A stretch of DNA of 64,000 nt from a virus (lineage: Duplodnaviria > Heunggongvirae > Uroviricota > Caudoviricetes). The stretch lies in IMG/VR virus record IMGVR_UViG_3300029656_000140; one strand, given 5' to 3'. The notes below the pieces were generated by a model. It was not told the origin of the DNA. It searched no databases and saw only the letters and a list, made by a program, of their open reading frames with translations. Position numbers and translations under genes: made by a program. Below are positions 34,073 to 43,517 of the stretch, one piece after another; the stretch's first letter is position 1; each line of letters begins with the position of its first letter.

Positions 34073-35278
34073 TTAGCCCTGCGGTGCCATCTGCAGAAGC
34101 TGTACGGCTTCGGGCAGGATCAGCTTGCCATCCACACGCTGGGTGGTCAGGAAACCGACCTGATCAGTACGGGCATACAGCTCGTTCAGACGGCGGAAGG
34201 TGCGGTTCTGGCGGTCAGCCACCCAGTAGTAGCTGTAATCGCCAAAGGCCATGACCTTGCTGCCACCCTTGATCTCCGGCATGAAGGCGGAAGTCTTCAG
34301 CGGACGGTTCAGCAGGGTATCCGGCTTGCCGATCTCCAGACCCGGCTTCCAGATATAGTTGCCGTTGTTGTCCTTGATGGTCATCAGCTGCAGCACCAGG
34401 GCTTCGTTGCAGAGGAACTGTGCCTTCTTGCGGTACGGAGCCTTCAGTGCATAGTAGAGCTTGAAGATCTCATCGAAGGTAACGGCATCCTTCTGGGCAG
34501 CGGTCACACCGACCTTGGCACCGCCGGTCTCAGCCAGCAGACCCAGAGGCTTGCCCACACCGTCACCGGTGATAAAGGCGCGCTCCTCTGCGTTGCCCAT
34601 ACGCACACCGAAACGGCGGGCAATATAGGTGGCGAGGTCAAAAGCGGAGTCATTCAGCAACTCATTGGAGATCTTGATCATAGTGCCCAGCTTGTATGCA
34701 GACAGCATGGTCTGGCCGAAGGTAGTATCGCTCTCCGGGATCTCCTCACCCTCATCGATCCAGCTTGCCTCACCGGTATCCTCTGCGATGGGGATCTTAC
34801 GGGTGCCGGAGCTGGTGCGGATGACCGTTGCCAGACCACGGAAGATGTTGTTCTCCTCCAGTGCCTCCACCAGCTTCTTCTCGAACTCATCGGGGACGGT
34901 AAAGCCGCCCTCGGTGTCCTCACCCACAGACAGGGCATTGCGGACCTCGCCGTAATGGCCACGGTTGCGGATCATGTTCCAGAAGTTCTCGGCATACTCG
35001 GCAGTGGCGGTCGGCTTGACATCCTTCTTGGCACCGTTCTTCGGGTCAGCATGGACAGGACTGGAAGTCGGTGCGGACAGCTGTGCCTCGATCTGTGCCT
35101 GCTGCTCCAGACGCTCGATCTCTGCACCCAGGTCCTTGACCTCCTGTGCCATCTTGTTGTACTGCTCCACGGCCTCAGCCTTTACCAGACCGTTCTCGCC
35201 GCGGTTCTTTTCCAGAAAGTCCTTGGTCTGCTCCCAGAGAGTGTTGCGCTTGGTGCGCAGTTCCAAAATCTTACTCAT
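34073..35278 (-). CDS. HK97-family major capsid protein
   Basis: 401 aa. An N-terminal delta-like coiled coil is followed by a conserved HK97 MCP core (GFTVPDEF, FITGDGVGKP). Confidence 0.9.
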   Translation of the reverse strand: MSKILELRTKRNTLWEQTKDFLEKNRGENGLVKAEAVEQYNKMAQEVKDLGAEIERLEQQAQIEAQLSAPTSSPVHADPKNGAKKDVKPTATAEYAENFWNMIRNRGHYGEVRNALSVGEDTEGGFTVPDEFEKKLVEALEENNIFRGLATVIRTSSGTRKIPIAEDTGEASWIDEGEEIPESDTTFGQTMLSAYKLGTMIKISNELLNDSAFDLATYIARRFGVRMGNAEERAFITGDGVGKPLGLLAETGGAKVGVTAAQKDAVTFDEIFKLYYALKAPYRKKAQFLCNEALVLQLMTIKDNNGNYIWKPGLEIGKPDTLLNRPLKTSAFMPEIKGGSKVMAFGDYSYYWVADRQNRTFRRLNELYARTDQVGFLTTQRVDGKLILPEAVQLLQMAPQG

Positions 35279-35335
35279 AGTGTTTGTCCTCCATAGATTG
35301 ATTTGTGGTGATATAAAAAACAGCCTGAATGCACA

Positions 35336-36235
35336 TCACTTCATGCACTCAAGCTGTTTCATCAGGATATTGTAGGGGATGCTACCATCCTCGGTCTTGC
35401 CGTCCAGATCAAGGACAGGGCCGGAATTGGCAGGTGGTTCTGCCGGAGGGGTCGGCTCTGCGGACAGTTTCGGGTCAGCAGTAGGCTCCTTCGGCTCAGT
35501 GTGTTTCTGGCCCACATCTTCCGGCTTCACACCCAGACGGTTCAGGACGATTAGATCCATCTGACGGCTGGAGAAAAGGTGCCCTGCCGTATCCTTCTGG
35601 AACGGCTTCTTTTCTTCGCCCTCGCCCGGTTCACTGTCAGGGTCTTCTTCCGGATTCTCCGGGTCTGCCGGGTCACTGTCCGGCTCCTCCTCTTTCTTTG
35701 CAAAGAGAATCTCGTCTGCGAAGCCCAGCTCCACAGCCTTCTTTGCATTCATCCAGGTCTCATTGCTCATGAGGTTGGCAATACGGGCGTGGCTGAGTCC
35801 GCTCTTTGCAGCATAGGCATTGATGATGCTCTCCTTGACTTCGGTCAGTACCTCAATGGCTTTCTCCATGTCCTTGGTGTTGCCCATCGCAACCGTGCTG
35901 GGGTCATGGATCATCAGCATGGCAACAGGACTCATCTGAACAGTATCACCGGCCATTGCCACAACAGATGCAGCAGATGCCGCAATTGCATCGATCTTGA
36001 CCGTGATGCTGCCCTTGTAGTCCTTAAGCATGGTATAGATCTCGGCAGCGGCGAACACATTTCCGCCCGGACTGTTGATCCAGACGGTCACATCCCCCTC
36101 GCCGGATTCCAGCTCATCCCGAAACATCTGCGGCGTGATCTCATCACCCCAGAATGATTCCTCATCGATGGGACCTTCCAGCCGGAGGATTCTGGTGTCG
36201 TCACTGTTTTTGATCCAGTTCCAGAATTTCTTCAT
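35336..36235 (-). CDS. ClpP-family prohead maturation protease
   Basis: VWINSPGGNVFAA...IDAIAASAASVVAMAG is a ClpP-like Ser-protease core. A charged C-terminal tail follows. Confidence 0.85.
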   Translation of the reverse strand: MKKFWNWIKNSDDTRILRLEGPIDEESFWGDEITPQMFRDELESGEGDVTVWINSPGGNVFAAAEIYTMLKDYKGSITVKIDAIAASAASVVAMAGDTVQMSPVAMLMIHDPSTVAMGNTKDMEKAIEVLTEVKESIINAYAAKSGLSHARIANLMSNETWMNAKKAVELGFADEILFAKKEEEPDSDPADPENPEEDPDSEPGEGEEKKPFQKDTAGHLFSSRQMDLIVLNRLGVKPEDVGQKHTEPKEPTADPKLSAEPTPPAEPPANSGPVLDLDGKTEDGSIPYNILMKQLECMK

Positions 36236-37629
36236 TGGGTTCTCCTTCCTGTTTTTTGAGGCTTACTCTCACTCAGCCGGTTATCGCTGTCAGGTTCTTC
36301 TTCCGGGTCGGGCTGTGTTTCTTTCGGCTGATTCTGCTGGACTGCGGCAGCTTTATTCTGCTGTGCCACTCCTGCATCTTTCAGCTTCACATAGCCGCCG
36401 TTCAGGTAGTAGTCGTCACCACCCTCCTCTGCCGGGATGAGATCCATGTTCTCCAGACGATGCACATCATTCGGAGAGAGGAAGCCGTTGCTGATGCCAG
36501 TCGCATAACCGTTCATCCGGCTCTGGTAGTCGCCACGAAGCAGACCGTCCACATTGAATTTCGGGAAGTAGGTGTCCTGCTCCTCTTCCAGCAGCAGATC
36601 CTTAATGATGCCCTGCTCAATGCGGACAAGCCACGGGGTCAGGGAGTGCATCACGAAGTTCAGCGACTGGTATTCAATGTTGGAGAAGGTCGCCCTGGAC
36701 AGATCGGCTACCAGATGCGGAGGCACACGGAAGATACGGCAGATCTCCGTCACGGAAAACTGCTTCGTTTCCAAAAACTGGCTGTCCTCCGGTGGCAGGG
36801 AGATCGGTTTGTAGGCCATGCCCTCTTCCAGCACAGCCACACGATGGGCATTGGAAGCACCGCCATAAGCCGCTTCCCAGCTATCCCGGATACGGTTCGG
36901 GTCTTTCACAACGCCGGGATGTTCCAGCACACCACTGGGCTGTGCGCCGTTCTTGAAGAAAGAGGAACCGTATTTGTCCACTGCAATGGAAGTGCCGAGG
37001 CTGTTCTTCATCATGGCAATTGGTGAAAAACCGATCAGACCATTGAATCCAAGTCCCGGCACATGAAAAATCTCGTCCCGGCGGAAGTAAAGGTCTTTAT
37101 TCTGCTCTCCCGGAACTTCATCCGTGTATGCGTGGTAGATATAATAGAGCTCGCCGCTCTCATCCCGGTCCACTTCGACATTTTCCGGTAAAAGCGGATA
37201 CAGACCCAGTACCGTGTTCTTGCCATCCCGGACGATCTGTGCATAGGCATTGCCCCAGAGGAGCAGATGGGTCATCAATGTTTCCCAGAAAACAAAGGAT
37301 GTCATCTCCGGGTTTGGCTGGCGATATAAAATCTTATACAGCGGATGATCCCGTGCCTTTTCCTTGTTGCCGTTATCGTCCGTCACCCGATACAGATGCA
37401 GCGGCAGTGCCGCAATGGACTCTGCCAGCAGACGGACACAGGCATACACAGTCGGGATCTGCATGGCAGCTTTTTCATCCACCTGCTCCCCGGCATTGGA
37501 ACGGCCAAATACAAAGGTCTGCCCGGAATCGCGGACGTTATCCGTGACCTTCGGCAGGCCTTCTTTTGGTTGTTCTGTTTTGGGAGAATCCCTTGAGTTC
37601 TCAAACCCCATCCATTCCCAGAATCCCAT
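36232..37629 (-). CDS. portal protein (HK97 family)
   Basis: Size and sequence are portal-like, and the gene lies between terminase and protease. Confidence 0.9.
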   Translation of the reverse strand: MGFWEWMGFENSRDSPKTEQPKEGLPKVTDNVRDSGQTFVFGRSNAGEQVDEKAAMQIPTVYACVRLLAESIAALPLHLYRVTDDNGNKEKARDHPLYKILYRQPNPEMTSFVFWETLMTHLLLWGNAYAQIVRDGKNTVLGLYPLLPENVEVDRDESGELYYIYHAYTDEVPGEQNKDLYFRRDEIFHVPGLGFNGLIGFSPIAMMKNSLGTSIAVDKYGSSFFKNGAQPSGVLEHPGVVKDPNRIRDSWEAAYGGASNAHRVAVLEEGMAYKPISLPPEDSQFLETKQFSVTEICRIFRVPPHLVADLSRATFSNIEYQSLNFVMHSLTPWLVRIEQGIIKDLLLEEEQDTYFPKFNVDGLLRGDYQSRMNGYATGISNGFLSPNDVHRLENMDLIPAEEGGDDYYLNGGYVKLKDAGVAQQNKAAAVQQNQPKETQPDPEEEPDSDNRLSESKPQKTGRRTQ

Positions 37630-37844
37630 TAAGCCTTATCCCCTTTCTCCAGTTCCGGCAGACCGGCAAGGCTGGTACCGAGGGACGCAACACCCGCCAC
37701 GATTACTGCACTGCCGACCGCCATCCAGTCCACCGTGCCGCCGGGCATCTGTGTCACGACCAGGGCCGCGCCGGTCTGGAACATTGTCTTTGCAGCACGG
37801 ATGCCGGCTGCCTTCCACCATTCTGCACTCATCAGATACTTCAT
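37629..37844 (-). CDS. small membrane protein (holin-like?)
   Basis: 71 aa with two hydrophobic helices. It lies between TerL and portal. Confidence 0.4.
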   Translation of the reverse strand: MKYLMSAEWWKAAGIRAAKTMFQTGAALVVTQMPGGTVDWMAVGSAVIVAGVASLGTSLAGLPELEKGDKA

Positions 37845-37867
37845 TGTGTTTCCTCCAAATCTTCATA

Positions 37868-39493
37868 TCAAAAAACGATCATGTCACGTTCGTCATAGAC
37901 GCTTCCCTGCTGCTGTCCTTCGTTTCGGATGCAGCGATCCAGTGCCATGATCGCAGCGACGATACCATCGATCTTCTCCGGCGATTTTGCCTTTGTCGGC
38001 TTGATATTGCCTGCCGGGTCGGTATCCACGACCACATTCCCCGCCATCCATGCCATGACCGGGTTGCCGCCGTGGGTAATACGCCCTTCCATCAGGAGCT
38101 TGTAGAACTCTTTGGTAGGCGGGCTCATATCTTTAAAACCCTGACCGAAAGGCACGACCGTAAATCCCATCCCCTCAAGGTTCTGGGTCATCTGCACCGC
38201 ACCCCATCGGTCAAAGGCAATCTCCAGAATGTGATAGGTCTTACCCAGCTCCTCAATGACCTTCTCAATGAACCCGTAGTGAATCACATTTCCCTCGGTC
38301 GCCATCAGGTAGCCCTGCTGATACCAGACATCATACGGAACGGATGCCCTGCGCACACGCTGGGGGATCGTATCCTCCGGTATCCAGAAAAACGGAAGCA
38401 TGATGTATTTCTCTTCCGGGATTCTGGGCGGGAACATCAGCACAAAAGCCGTGATGTCTCCGGTGCTGGACAAGTCCAGCCCTCCATAACAGTCACGGCC
38501 TTTGAGGGCTTCCATATCGATTGGCTGGTTGCCGAGGTCATAGATGTGTTCCGGGATGAACCGGGTCAGCGAGGATACCCACATATTCAGACGGAGCTGC
38601 TTGAACACGTTCTCCTCTGCCGGGTTGTCCAGTGCTTCCTGATACGCATCCCGGACACGCTGGATCTGAATGGTCTGTCCGAGGGAAGGATTGGCTTTAT
38701 ACCAGTTGACTTCATCGTGCCAGTCATCTTCATCTGTCAGTCCATAGACCACGGGGTAAAAGGTGTGGTCGATCTTACGGCCAGCCAGCAGGTCAAGGGC
38801 TTTCATGTGGAGCTCGTAGCAGATGCTCTCCTTGTCCGTGCCAGCCGTGGTGATCAGGAAGAACAACGGCTGTTCACGGGCATCACCTGAACCTTTGGTA
38901 AGGACATCGTAGAGTTTTCGGTTTGGCTGGGCATGAACCTCATCCAGAACAAGACCTGACACATTCAAGCCGTGCTTCGTACCAACTTCGGCAGACAGAA
39001 CCTGATAAAATCCTGCGTTCCCGTAGTTCACGATGCGCTTGGTGGCTGCCATGATCTTGCACCGTTTCAAAAGTGCCGGGGTCATCTGCACCATCTGATG
39101 GGCAACATCAAAGACGATGGATGCCTGCTGGCGGTCAGCTGCAGCACCATAGACTTCGGCAGATGGCTCATTATCGGCAAAAAGCAGATACAAGGCCACC
39201 GCAGCGGCAAGCTCGGATTTTCCGTTTTTCTTGCCGATTTCGACATAAGCCGTGCGAAACTGACGGTTCCCTTTTTCGTCCACGATGCCGAACACATCCC
39301 GGATGATCTGCTCCTGCCACGGAAGCAGCCAGAACCGCTTTCCTGCCCACTTACCTTTGGTGTGTCGGAGGTTCTCAATAAAGGTTACTGCCCGATCTGC
39401 TTTTGCGGCATCGTAATGGCAGCTGGGAAGCATGAACCGACTTGGTTTATAGTCCTTCAGTTTCGGATAGTTTTTCGGTCTGCACTCTGCCAT
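37868..39493 (-). CDS. terminase large subunit
   Basis: Terminase_1-like ATPase and nuclease domains, 541 aa. Confidence 0.9.
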   Translation of the reverse strand: MAECRPKNYPKLKDYKPSRFMLPSCHYDAAKADRAVTFIENLRHTKGKWAGKRFWLLPWQEQIIRDVFGIVDEKGNRQFRTAYVEIGKKNGKSELAAAVALYLLFADNEPSAEVYGAAADRQQASIVFDVAHQMVQMTPALLKRCKIMAATKRIVNYGNAGFYQVLSAEVGTKHGLNVSGLVLDEVHAQPNRKLYDVLTKGSGDAREQPLFFLITTAGTDKESICYELHMKALDLLAGRKIDHTFYPVVYGLTDEDDWHDEVNWYKANPSLGQTIQIQRVRDAYQEALDNPAEENVFKQLRLNMWVSSLTRFIPEHIYDLGNQPIDMEALKGRDCYGGLDLSSTGDITAFVLMFPPRIPEEKYIMLPFFWIPEDTIPQRVRRASVPYDVWYQQGYLMATEGNVIHYGFIEKVIEELGKTYHILEIAFDRWGAVQMTQNLEGMGFTVVPFGQGFKDMSPPTKEFYKLLMEGRITHGGNPVMAWMAGNVVVDTDPAGNIKPTKAKSPEKIDGIVAAIMALDRCIRNEGQQQGSVYDERDMIVF

Positions 39494-39978
39494 CAGCTTC
39501 CACCTCCTCCCAGCAGATTTTCCATCTCATCGGTAGCATCCGCAGGACCGCCGTCCGAAGCAATGATGCGGCTTCGGGAGGACGGGGTCAGGCCGAACTG
39601 CTCTGCGAACTTGTTCATAATCTTCAGATAGGTCTGGGCGATGGACACCTGCGGCACCTGCTGCCAGTAGCCGGACGGGGTCTTGACAATGGTGCCGTGC
39701 TGGGTGATGAACTCCTCTGCCTCCTTCCATCGGGCATATGCCTGACAGTAACCGGCAAAGGCCGCCATATCCACTTCGGTCAGGATGCCGATGGCTTCCA
39801 TCTGTTTTGCAAGTCTGCGCCACTCTTTCTTTGCTTCCGGCTCCAGCCACTTCGGACAGGCCGGTGCTTTCTTGTTGGGCTTCGGTTCGCTGGTGTTAAG
39901 CGGATGCTTGCCCGGATTGCCTTCCAGCTCCTTCATGGCGGTCGGCTTTGGTTTTCTGCCTCTGGTAGTCATTGGCAT
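39493..39978 (-). CDS. terminase small subunit, P27 family
   Basis: MPMTTRGRKPKPTAMKELEGNPGKHPL is a typical P27-family N-terminus. Confidence 0.8.
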   Translation of the reverse strand: MPMTTRGRKPKPTAMKELEGNPGKHPLNTSEPKPNKKAPACPKWLEPEAKKEWRRLAKQMEAIGILTEVDMAAFAGYCQAYARWKEAEEFITQHGTIVKTPSGYWQQVPQVSIAQTYLKIMNKFAEQFGLTPSSRSRIIASDGGPADATDEMENLLGGGGS

Positions 39979-39984
39979 CTCCTC

Positions 39985-40100
39985 CTTTCTGCAAAAATGG
40001 GTAAAGAAAAAGGACCTCCAAAGAAGTCCTTAAAATATCATTTTCCCAAACGGGAAACTTTTTCGTATGAATAGTAAATAGTTTCCCATTTTGACAACTT
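39985..40100 (-). promoter_or_regulatory. structured leader upstream of terS: alternative pairings GGGAAAC / GTTTCCC / GGGAAAA plus a terminator-like hairpin and U-tract
   Basis: The minus-strand transcript reads GGGAAACUAUUUACUAUUCAUACGAAAAAGUUUCCCGUUUGGGAAAAUG...AAGGACUUCUUUGGAGGUCCUUUUUCUUU. It is a possible attenuator or antitermination target for late-operon control. Confidence 0.35.
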
Positions 40101-40163
40101 TATATAAAACACATCGGATACGAGGCACAGCCCCTTTTCGGGGCGTGTACCTTTTGGGTGCTG

Positions 40164-40541
40164 TTATGCGTTGGGGTTGGCTTCCTTCCAAGCCTCGTAC
40201 TCATCGACCAGCTCCGCTTCCTCGATGACCTGCCAGACGCTGCAGAAGCGGCTTCTCTGCTGCTCAATCTCCGCTTCTGTCCAGTCTTCCGGCTTGCGGC
40301 TCATGTCGTGGTAGGCATCCATCTCCGCTTTCGTCCGGAAGAAAAGGATCTGCTTCAGCTTCAGCGTTTCCTCGTTGTTCCGCAGGCTGTACCGCTTGTC
40401 TTCCGCCGCCCTGCAAAGGCTTCCGAGGTCGTTGCAGCTGAGGGTCATGTCCTGCTTGAAGGCGATCTCGATGCCGATCAGCTTCTTCTCGGTGTCGGCT
40501 TCCTTAATGTTCTTGAGGTAGGTTTTTGCTTTGTTCGTCAT
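40164..40541 (-). CDS. hypothetical protein (first accessory cassette gene)
   Basis: RBS GGAGGA. Cassette copy 1 lies upstream. Confidence 0.5.
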   Translation of the reverse strand: MTNKAKTYLKNIKEADTEKKLIGIEIAFKQDMTLSCNDLGSLCRAAEDKRYSLRNNEETLKLKQILFFRTKAEMDAYHDMSRKPEDWTEAEIEQQRSRFCSVWQVIEEAELVDEYEAWKEANPNA

Positions 40542-40594
40542 GGTCTGTATCCTCCGTGTGTTTTGTTTTCCGTAGGGCTTTTCCCTTCGTTGTG

Positions 40595-40650
40595 ACTGTA
40601 TATTACCGTCACCGCCCGGACATAGCAAGCGGCTATGCTGCACGATCATA
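40595..40650 (-). promoter_or_regulatory. conserved promoter cassette copy 1 (-35 TTGCTA, 17 bp, -10 TAATAT, AGCCGCTTG box)
   Basis: The minus strand reads GATCGTG...TAGCCGCTTGCTATGTCCGGGCGGTGACGGTAATATACA. Confidence 0.6.
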
Positions 40651-40740
40651 CACACCTCTTTTTGTCGGATTTATGTGTATTTACACGCCGGAGAAATCCG
40701 CCACTACGAGCAAAAGCCCCCGAAGGAGCTCTGCCTTTTT

Positions 40741-41025
40741 TCAGTGTGCGTTCTTGATGCACCACTCGATCGCGTGACCGGCATCCGTGTAGGTCTCATT
40801 GGAAATCTTCAGAAGCTCCAGTCGGCACTCAATCGGTGACCAGCCTTCCTCTGGGTCTTCGACAAATCCGTATACCGCTCCCTCCAGCATGCCATTCCAG
40901 TTCATCTGGGCAACCAAAACCCGGTCACCGAACTGCATGATGCTGTCGTAGCAAGGTCTGAGTCGGTCGTAGAAACTCTCTATGCTGATGTTGTTTTCTG
41001 GAAAGTCGATCAAAGGCTTTTTCAT
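40741..41025 (-). CDS. hypothetical protein
   Basis: Has its own cassette. A UUCG hairpin terminator lies downstream at ~40700-40730. Confidence 0.5.
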   Translation of the reverse strand: MKKPLIDFPENNISIESFYDRLRPCYDSIMQFGDRVLVAQMNWNGMLEGAVYGFVEDPEEGWSPIECRLELLKISNETYTDAGHAIEWCIKNAH

Positions 41026-41074
41026 GATAAAATCCTCCGTGTTTTCGTTTTTCCCTTGGGGCTTTCCCCTTTCG

Positions 41075-41130
41075 GTATGTGCATATTACCGTCAGGTGCA
41101 AAGGATAGCAAGCGGCTAAAGTACACGATC
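41075..41130 (-). promoter_or_regulatory. promoter cassette copy 2
   Basis: The minus strand reads GATCGTGTACTTTAGCCGCTTGCTATCCTTTGCACCTGACGGTAATATGCAC. Confidence 0.6.
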
Positions 41131-41160
41131 TTCTGCCCGGAATACCAGGCAGAATGTACG

Positions 41161-41358
41161 TCACTCTGCGTCCTGCTCCATGAGTTCCACAACGGTATCG
41201 TAGAAGAACTGCGGGTCATATGCCAGCGGTTCCCGTCCGGCTTCCTTGTCTATCCTGATCTGGTCTTCCACCATATCCTCGGCATCCCCCAGTGTGAAGG
41301 CATCCTTATCGCGATCATCCATGTGGTTGTAGATTTTATCCATCATCCGTTCTCCCAT
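41161..41358 (-). CDS. small acidic hypothetical protein
   Basis: ATG at 41358 follows the RBS GGAAGGA. Confidence 0.45.
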   Translation of the reverse strand: MGERMMDKIYNHMDDRDKDAFTLGDAEDMVEDQIRIDKEAGREPLAYDPQFFYDTVVELMEQDAE

Positions 41359-41486
41359 GTGTTTTTCCTTCCTGGCGCATCCACACCCCCACATCTGCCC
41401 CCGTCTGGGGCGTTGTCGGTTCATTCGGATCGTTTTGCCACCCGTGGCACAAGCCCCTGTGTGGGGCTGTGTCGGGGGCTGTCGGT

Positions 41487-41678
41487 TTATCTGGTCATCC
41501 GTCCCAGCAGGTAGGCTTCCTCCATTGCTTTCTGGATGCTCCAGACCGGAACCTCAATAAAGTCCTCGCTGTCATTGTCGCGGGCTTTCAGGTCGCCCCG
41601 ACTGTCTACCGCTGCCATCAGGCGCTTGGCGATCTCCAGCAGGGCTTTTTCCTCTTCCTTGGTAATGTTCTTCTTCAT
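41487..41678 (-). CDS. small hypothetical protein
   Basis: RBS AACGGAGGAAACC. Confidence 0.45.
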   Translation of the reverse strand: MKKNITKEEEKALLEIAKRLMAAVDSRGDLKARDNDSEDFIEVPVWSIQKAMEEAYLLGRMTR

Positions 41679-41714
41679 GGTGGTTTCCTCCGTTTTTCTT
41701 GGGTTTCCGTTTCG

Positions 41715-41770
41715 GTATGTGCATATTACCGTCTATGTCACACACTATCAAGCGGCTATACTACACAAAG
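41715..41770 (-). promoter_or_regulatory. promoter cassette copy 3
   Basis: The minus strand reads TAGCCGCTTGATAGTGTGTGACATAGACGGTAATATGCAC. Confidence 0.6.
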
Positions 41771-41848
41771 ATAGCCGCCCGGAACTGTGCGTATTACAGC
41801 AGAAGAAAAGGGCTGCCGTTACCGGCAAGCCCCATGTGTTTCTCTGGC

Positions 41849-42298
41849 TTAGTAGTCTTCTTCGTCCTCGTAATCTTCCTCTTCGCCCCAGTCATCTTCC
41901 TCTTCATCCCAGCTGTCATCCTGGTCTTCTTCCTCATCCTTGAAGTCCCACATATCTTCGGTCGGCTGGTTTCTAAGGTCTGGGTTCTGCTCAACATAGT
42001 CGGCAACCGCTCCGCAAAGGATGTCCAGAACCTTTTCGTAGGCTTCCTCACTGTAGACTGCCCAGGCATCTGCAGTCAGCTTTGCGATTTTGTCGTTGCC
42101 CTTGGCTCCAAGGAACCGCCCTGCAGGGTTGCAGGTTTCCTTGCCGTAGCCGATGCCCAGCTGGTCGCCGTCGTTGTAAAAGCGGTATCCGATGCGGCTC
42201 ATTGCCCTTACCAGCTCCCCTGCGAGGCTGTCTGCCTTGCCCGTATCCGGTACCAGTTCCTTGAAAAGTTTATTGATGCGGTCTTCGTTCTTCGTCAT
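41849..42298 (-). CDS. hypothetical protein with extremely acidic C-terminal tail (DNA-mimic candidate)
   Basis: The C-terminus is DEEEDQDDSWDEEEDDWGEEEDYEDEEDY. ATG at 42298 follows the RBS GGAGGA. Confidence 0.5.
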   Translation of the reverse strand: MTKNEDRINKLFKELVPDTGKADSLAGELVRAMSRIGYRFYNDGDQLGIGYGKETCNPAGRFLGAKGNDKIAKLTADAWAVYSEEAYEKVLDILCGAVADYVEQNPDLRNQPTEDMWDFKDEEEDQDDSWDEEEDDWGEEEDYEDEEDY

Positions 42299-42342
42299 TG
42301 TCGTATCCTCCAGAATGTTGTTTTCGGTTTTTCTCCCTTTCG

Positions 42343-42398
42343 GTATGCACATATTACCGTCACTTTCGCACACTATCAAGCGGCTAAACTACACGATC
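42343..42398 (-). promoter_or_regulatory. promoter cassette copy 4
   Basis: The minus strand reads TTTAGCCGCTTGATAGTGTGCGAAAGTGACGGTAATATGTGC, a perfect TTGATA-17-TAATAT. Confidence 0.65.
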
Positions 42399-42508
42399 AT
42401 CAAGCCCTGTAATTGTCATATTTATGTGCTTTTCATGCCAGCTTTCGGAAGACAGACACGAGCAAAAGGCTGGTCATTTCCAGCCCCTTGCGCCTGTCGG
42501 TCTTGCCT

Positions 42509-42769
42509 TTAGCGGATGATTTCGAGGTAGCTTACGTTGCCCCAGCAGTCCGTTCCCTTGAAGCGGATGCGCTTGTCGTTCTCCCTGTCGAGGGTGAATT
42601 TCCGAAGGAGCTTCATCTTCTGGATGCGGTTCAGAAGGTCCTTGCCGTTCTTCGCATCCTCAACGGCATCCCTGATCTCGACCACCGCACTGTCGCTTCC
42701 GTACCAGAGGTTGCTGAGTGCCTCTGGAATTCCGTTTGCAAGATAAAGGTTGATTTTTGTGTAGGTCAT
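42509..42769 (-). CDS. hypothetical protein
   Basis: It is co-transcribed with 42785-42991. Confidence 0.45.
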   Translation of the reverse strand: MTYTKINLYLANGIPEALSNLWYGSDSAVVEIRDAVEDAKNGKDLLNRIQKMKLLRKFTLDRENDKRIRFKGTDCWGNVSYLEIIR

Positions 42770-42784
42770 GTTTTTGTTCTCCTC

Positions 42785-42991
42785 TCAAAATGTCATCGTT
42801 TCCAGAATCTCATCCGCGCCTGTTTCCCAGTCGTGGCGGCTAAGTTCGATTTTGCTGTACATCTCTGCGCTGTCCGGCTCATCGAAAAGCCGGAAGCATT
42901 CTCTTGCCAGCTCCTCGCTGGTGTGCTGCTGGATTTCATCCGGCTGTCCATCCAGCCGTGTAAAGATAATCTCGTAAGTGTAGCGTTCCAT
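42785..42991 (-). CDS. small acidic hypothetical protein
   Basis: RBS AAAGGGG. Cassette copy 5 lies upstream. Confidence 0.45.
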   Translation of the reverse strand: MERYTYEIIFTRLDGQPDEIQQHTSEELARECFRLFDEPDSAEMYSKIELSRHDWETGADEILETMTF

Positions 42992-43014
42992 GTTCTTTGC
43001 CCCTTTCGTTTTGG

Positions 43015-43070
43015 TAGCTGTATATTACCGTCACTGCCGGACACTATCAAGCGGCTAAAGTACACGATCA
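43015..43070 (-). promoter_or_regulatory. promoter cassette copy 5
   Basis: The minus strand reads TTTAGCCGCTTGATAGTGTCCGGCAGTGACGGTAATATACAGC. Confidence 0.6.
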
Positions 43071-43131
43071 TCTGCGCCCTGAACTGGTGGATTTATGTGT
43101 TTATCCGGGGAGGTTTCCCTCCCCGTTTTTC

Positions 43132-43308
43132 TTAGCTGAACATCTCTGCCGTGTCATCGTCGATCCAGAGGTGCATGCCGTCTGCTTCCATGATTGCGTG
43201 GTCTTCATGAACCTCGGTGATGATTCCTTCCCGGCTTCCGCTTCCGTCGAATTCGTCCCAGTGCCATGTTGTCTTTCTCCCTTTTTTCCATGTTCTCCAA
43301 TCAGCCAT
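43132..43308 (-). CDS. small hypothetical protein (W-rich, acidic C-terminus)
   Basis: ATG at 43308 follows the RBS AAGGAGGA. Confidence 0.45.
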   Translation of the reverse strand: MADWRTWKKGRKTTWHWDEFDGSGSREGIITEVHEDHAIMEADGMHLWIDDDTAEMFS

Positions 43309-43329
43309 TCTGCTGTCCTCCTTTGCTTT

Positions 43330-43395
43330 TTGTAGCTGTATATTACCGTCACCGCCCTGTGATAGCAAGGCCATAAAACGTCATATTATCAACGA
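43330..43395 (-). promoter_or_regulatory. promoter cassette copy 6 (variant with GGCCTTGCTAT box)
   Basis: The minus strand reads GATCGTTGATAATATGACGTTTTATGGCCTTGCTATCACAGGGCGGTGACGGTAATATACAGC. Confidence 0.55.
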
Positions 43396-43517
43396 TCTTC
43401 GCCCCTCATGTTTGGTACATATATGACCCCTGATTGACTTGCTATATATGTGTTTCTGCGGCATTATACACACAACGAAAGCAAAGAAAACCAAACCAAA
43501 AACGGAGGACAAAAACC

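Noticed and set aside
37364-38890. 508-aa plus-strand ORF
   Set aside because: It is antisense to the well-supported terminase large subunit gene. It has no RBS and its composition is that of a typical spurious ORF in GC-rich DNA.
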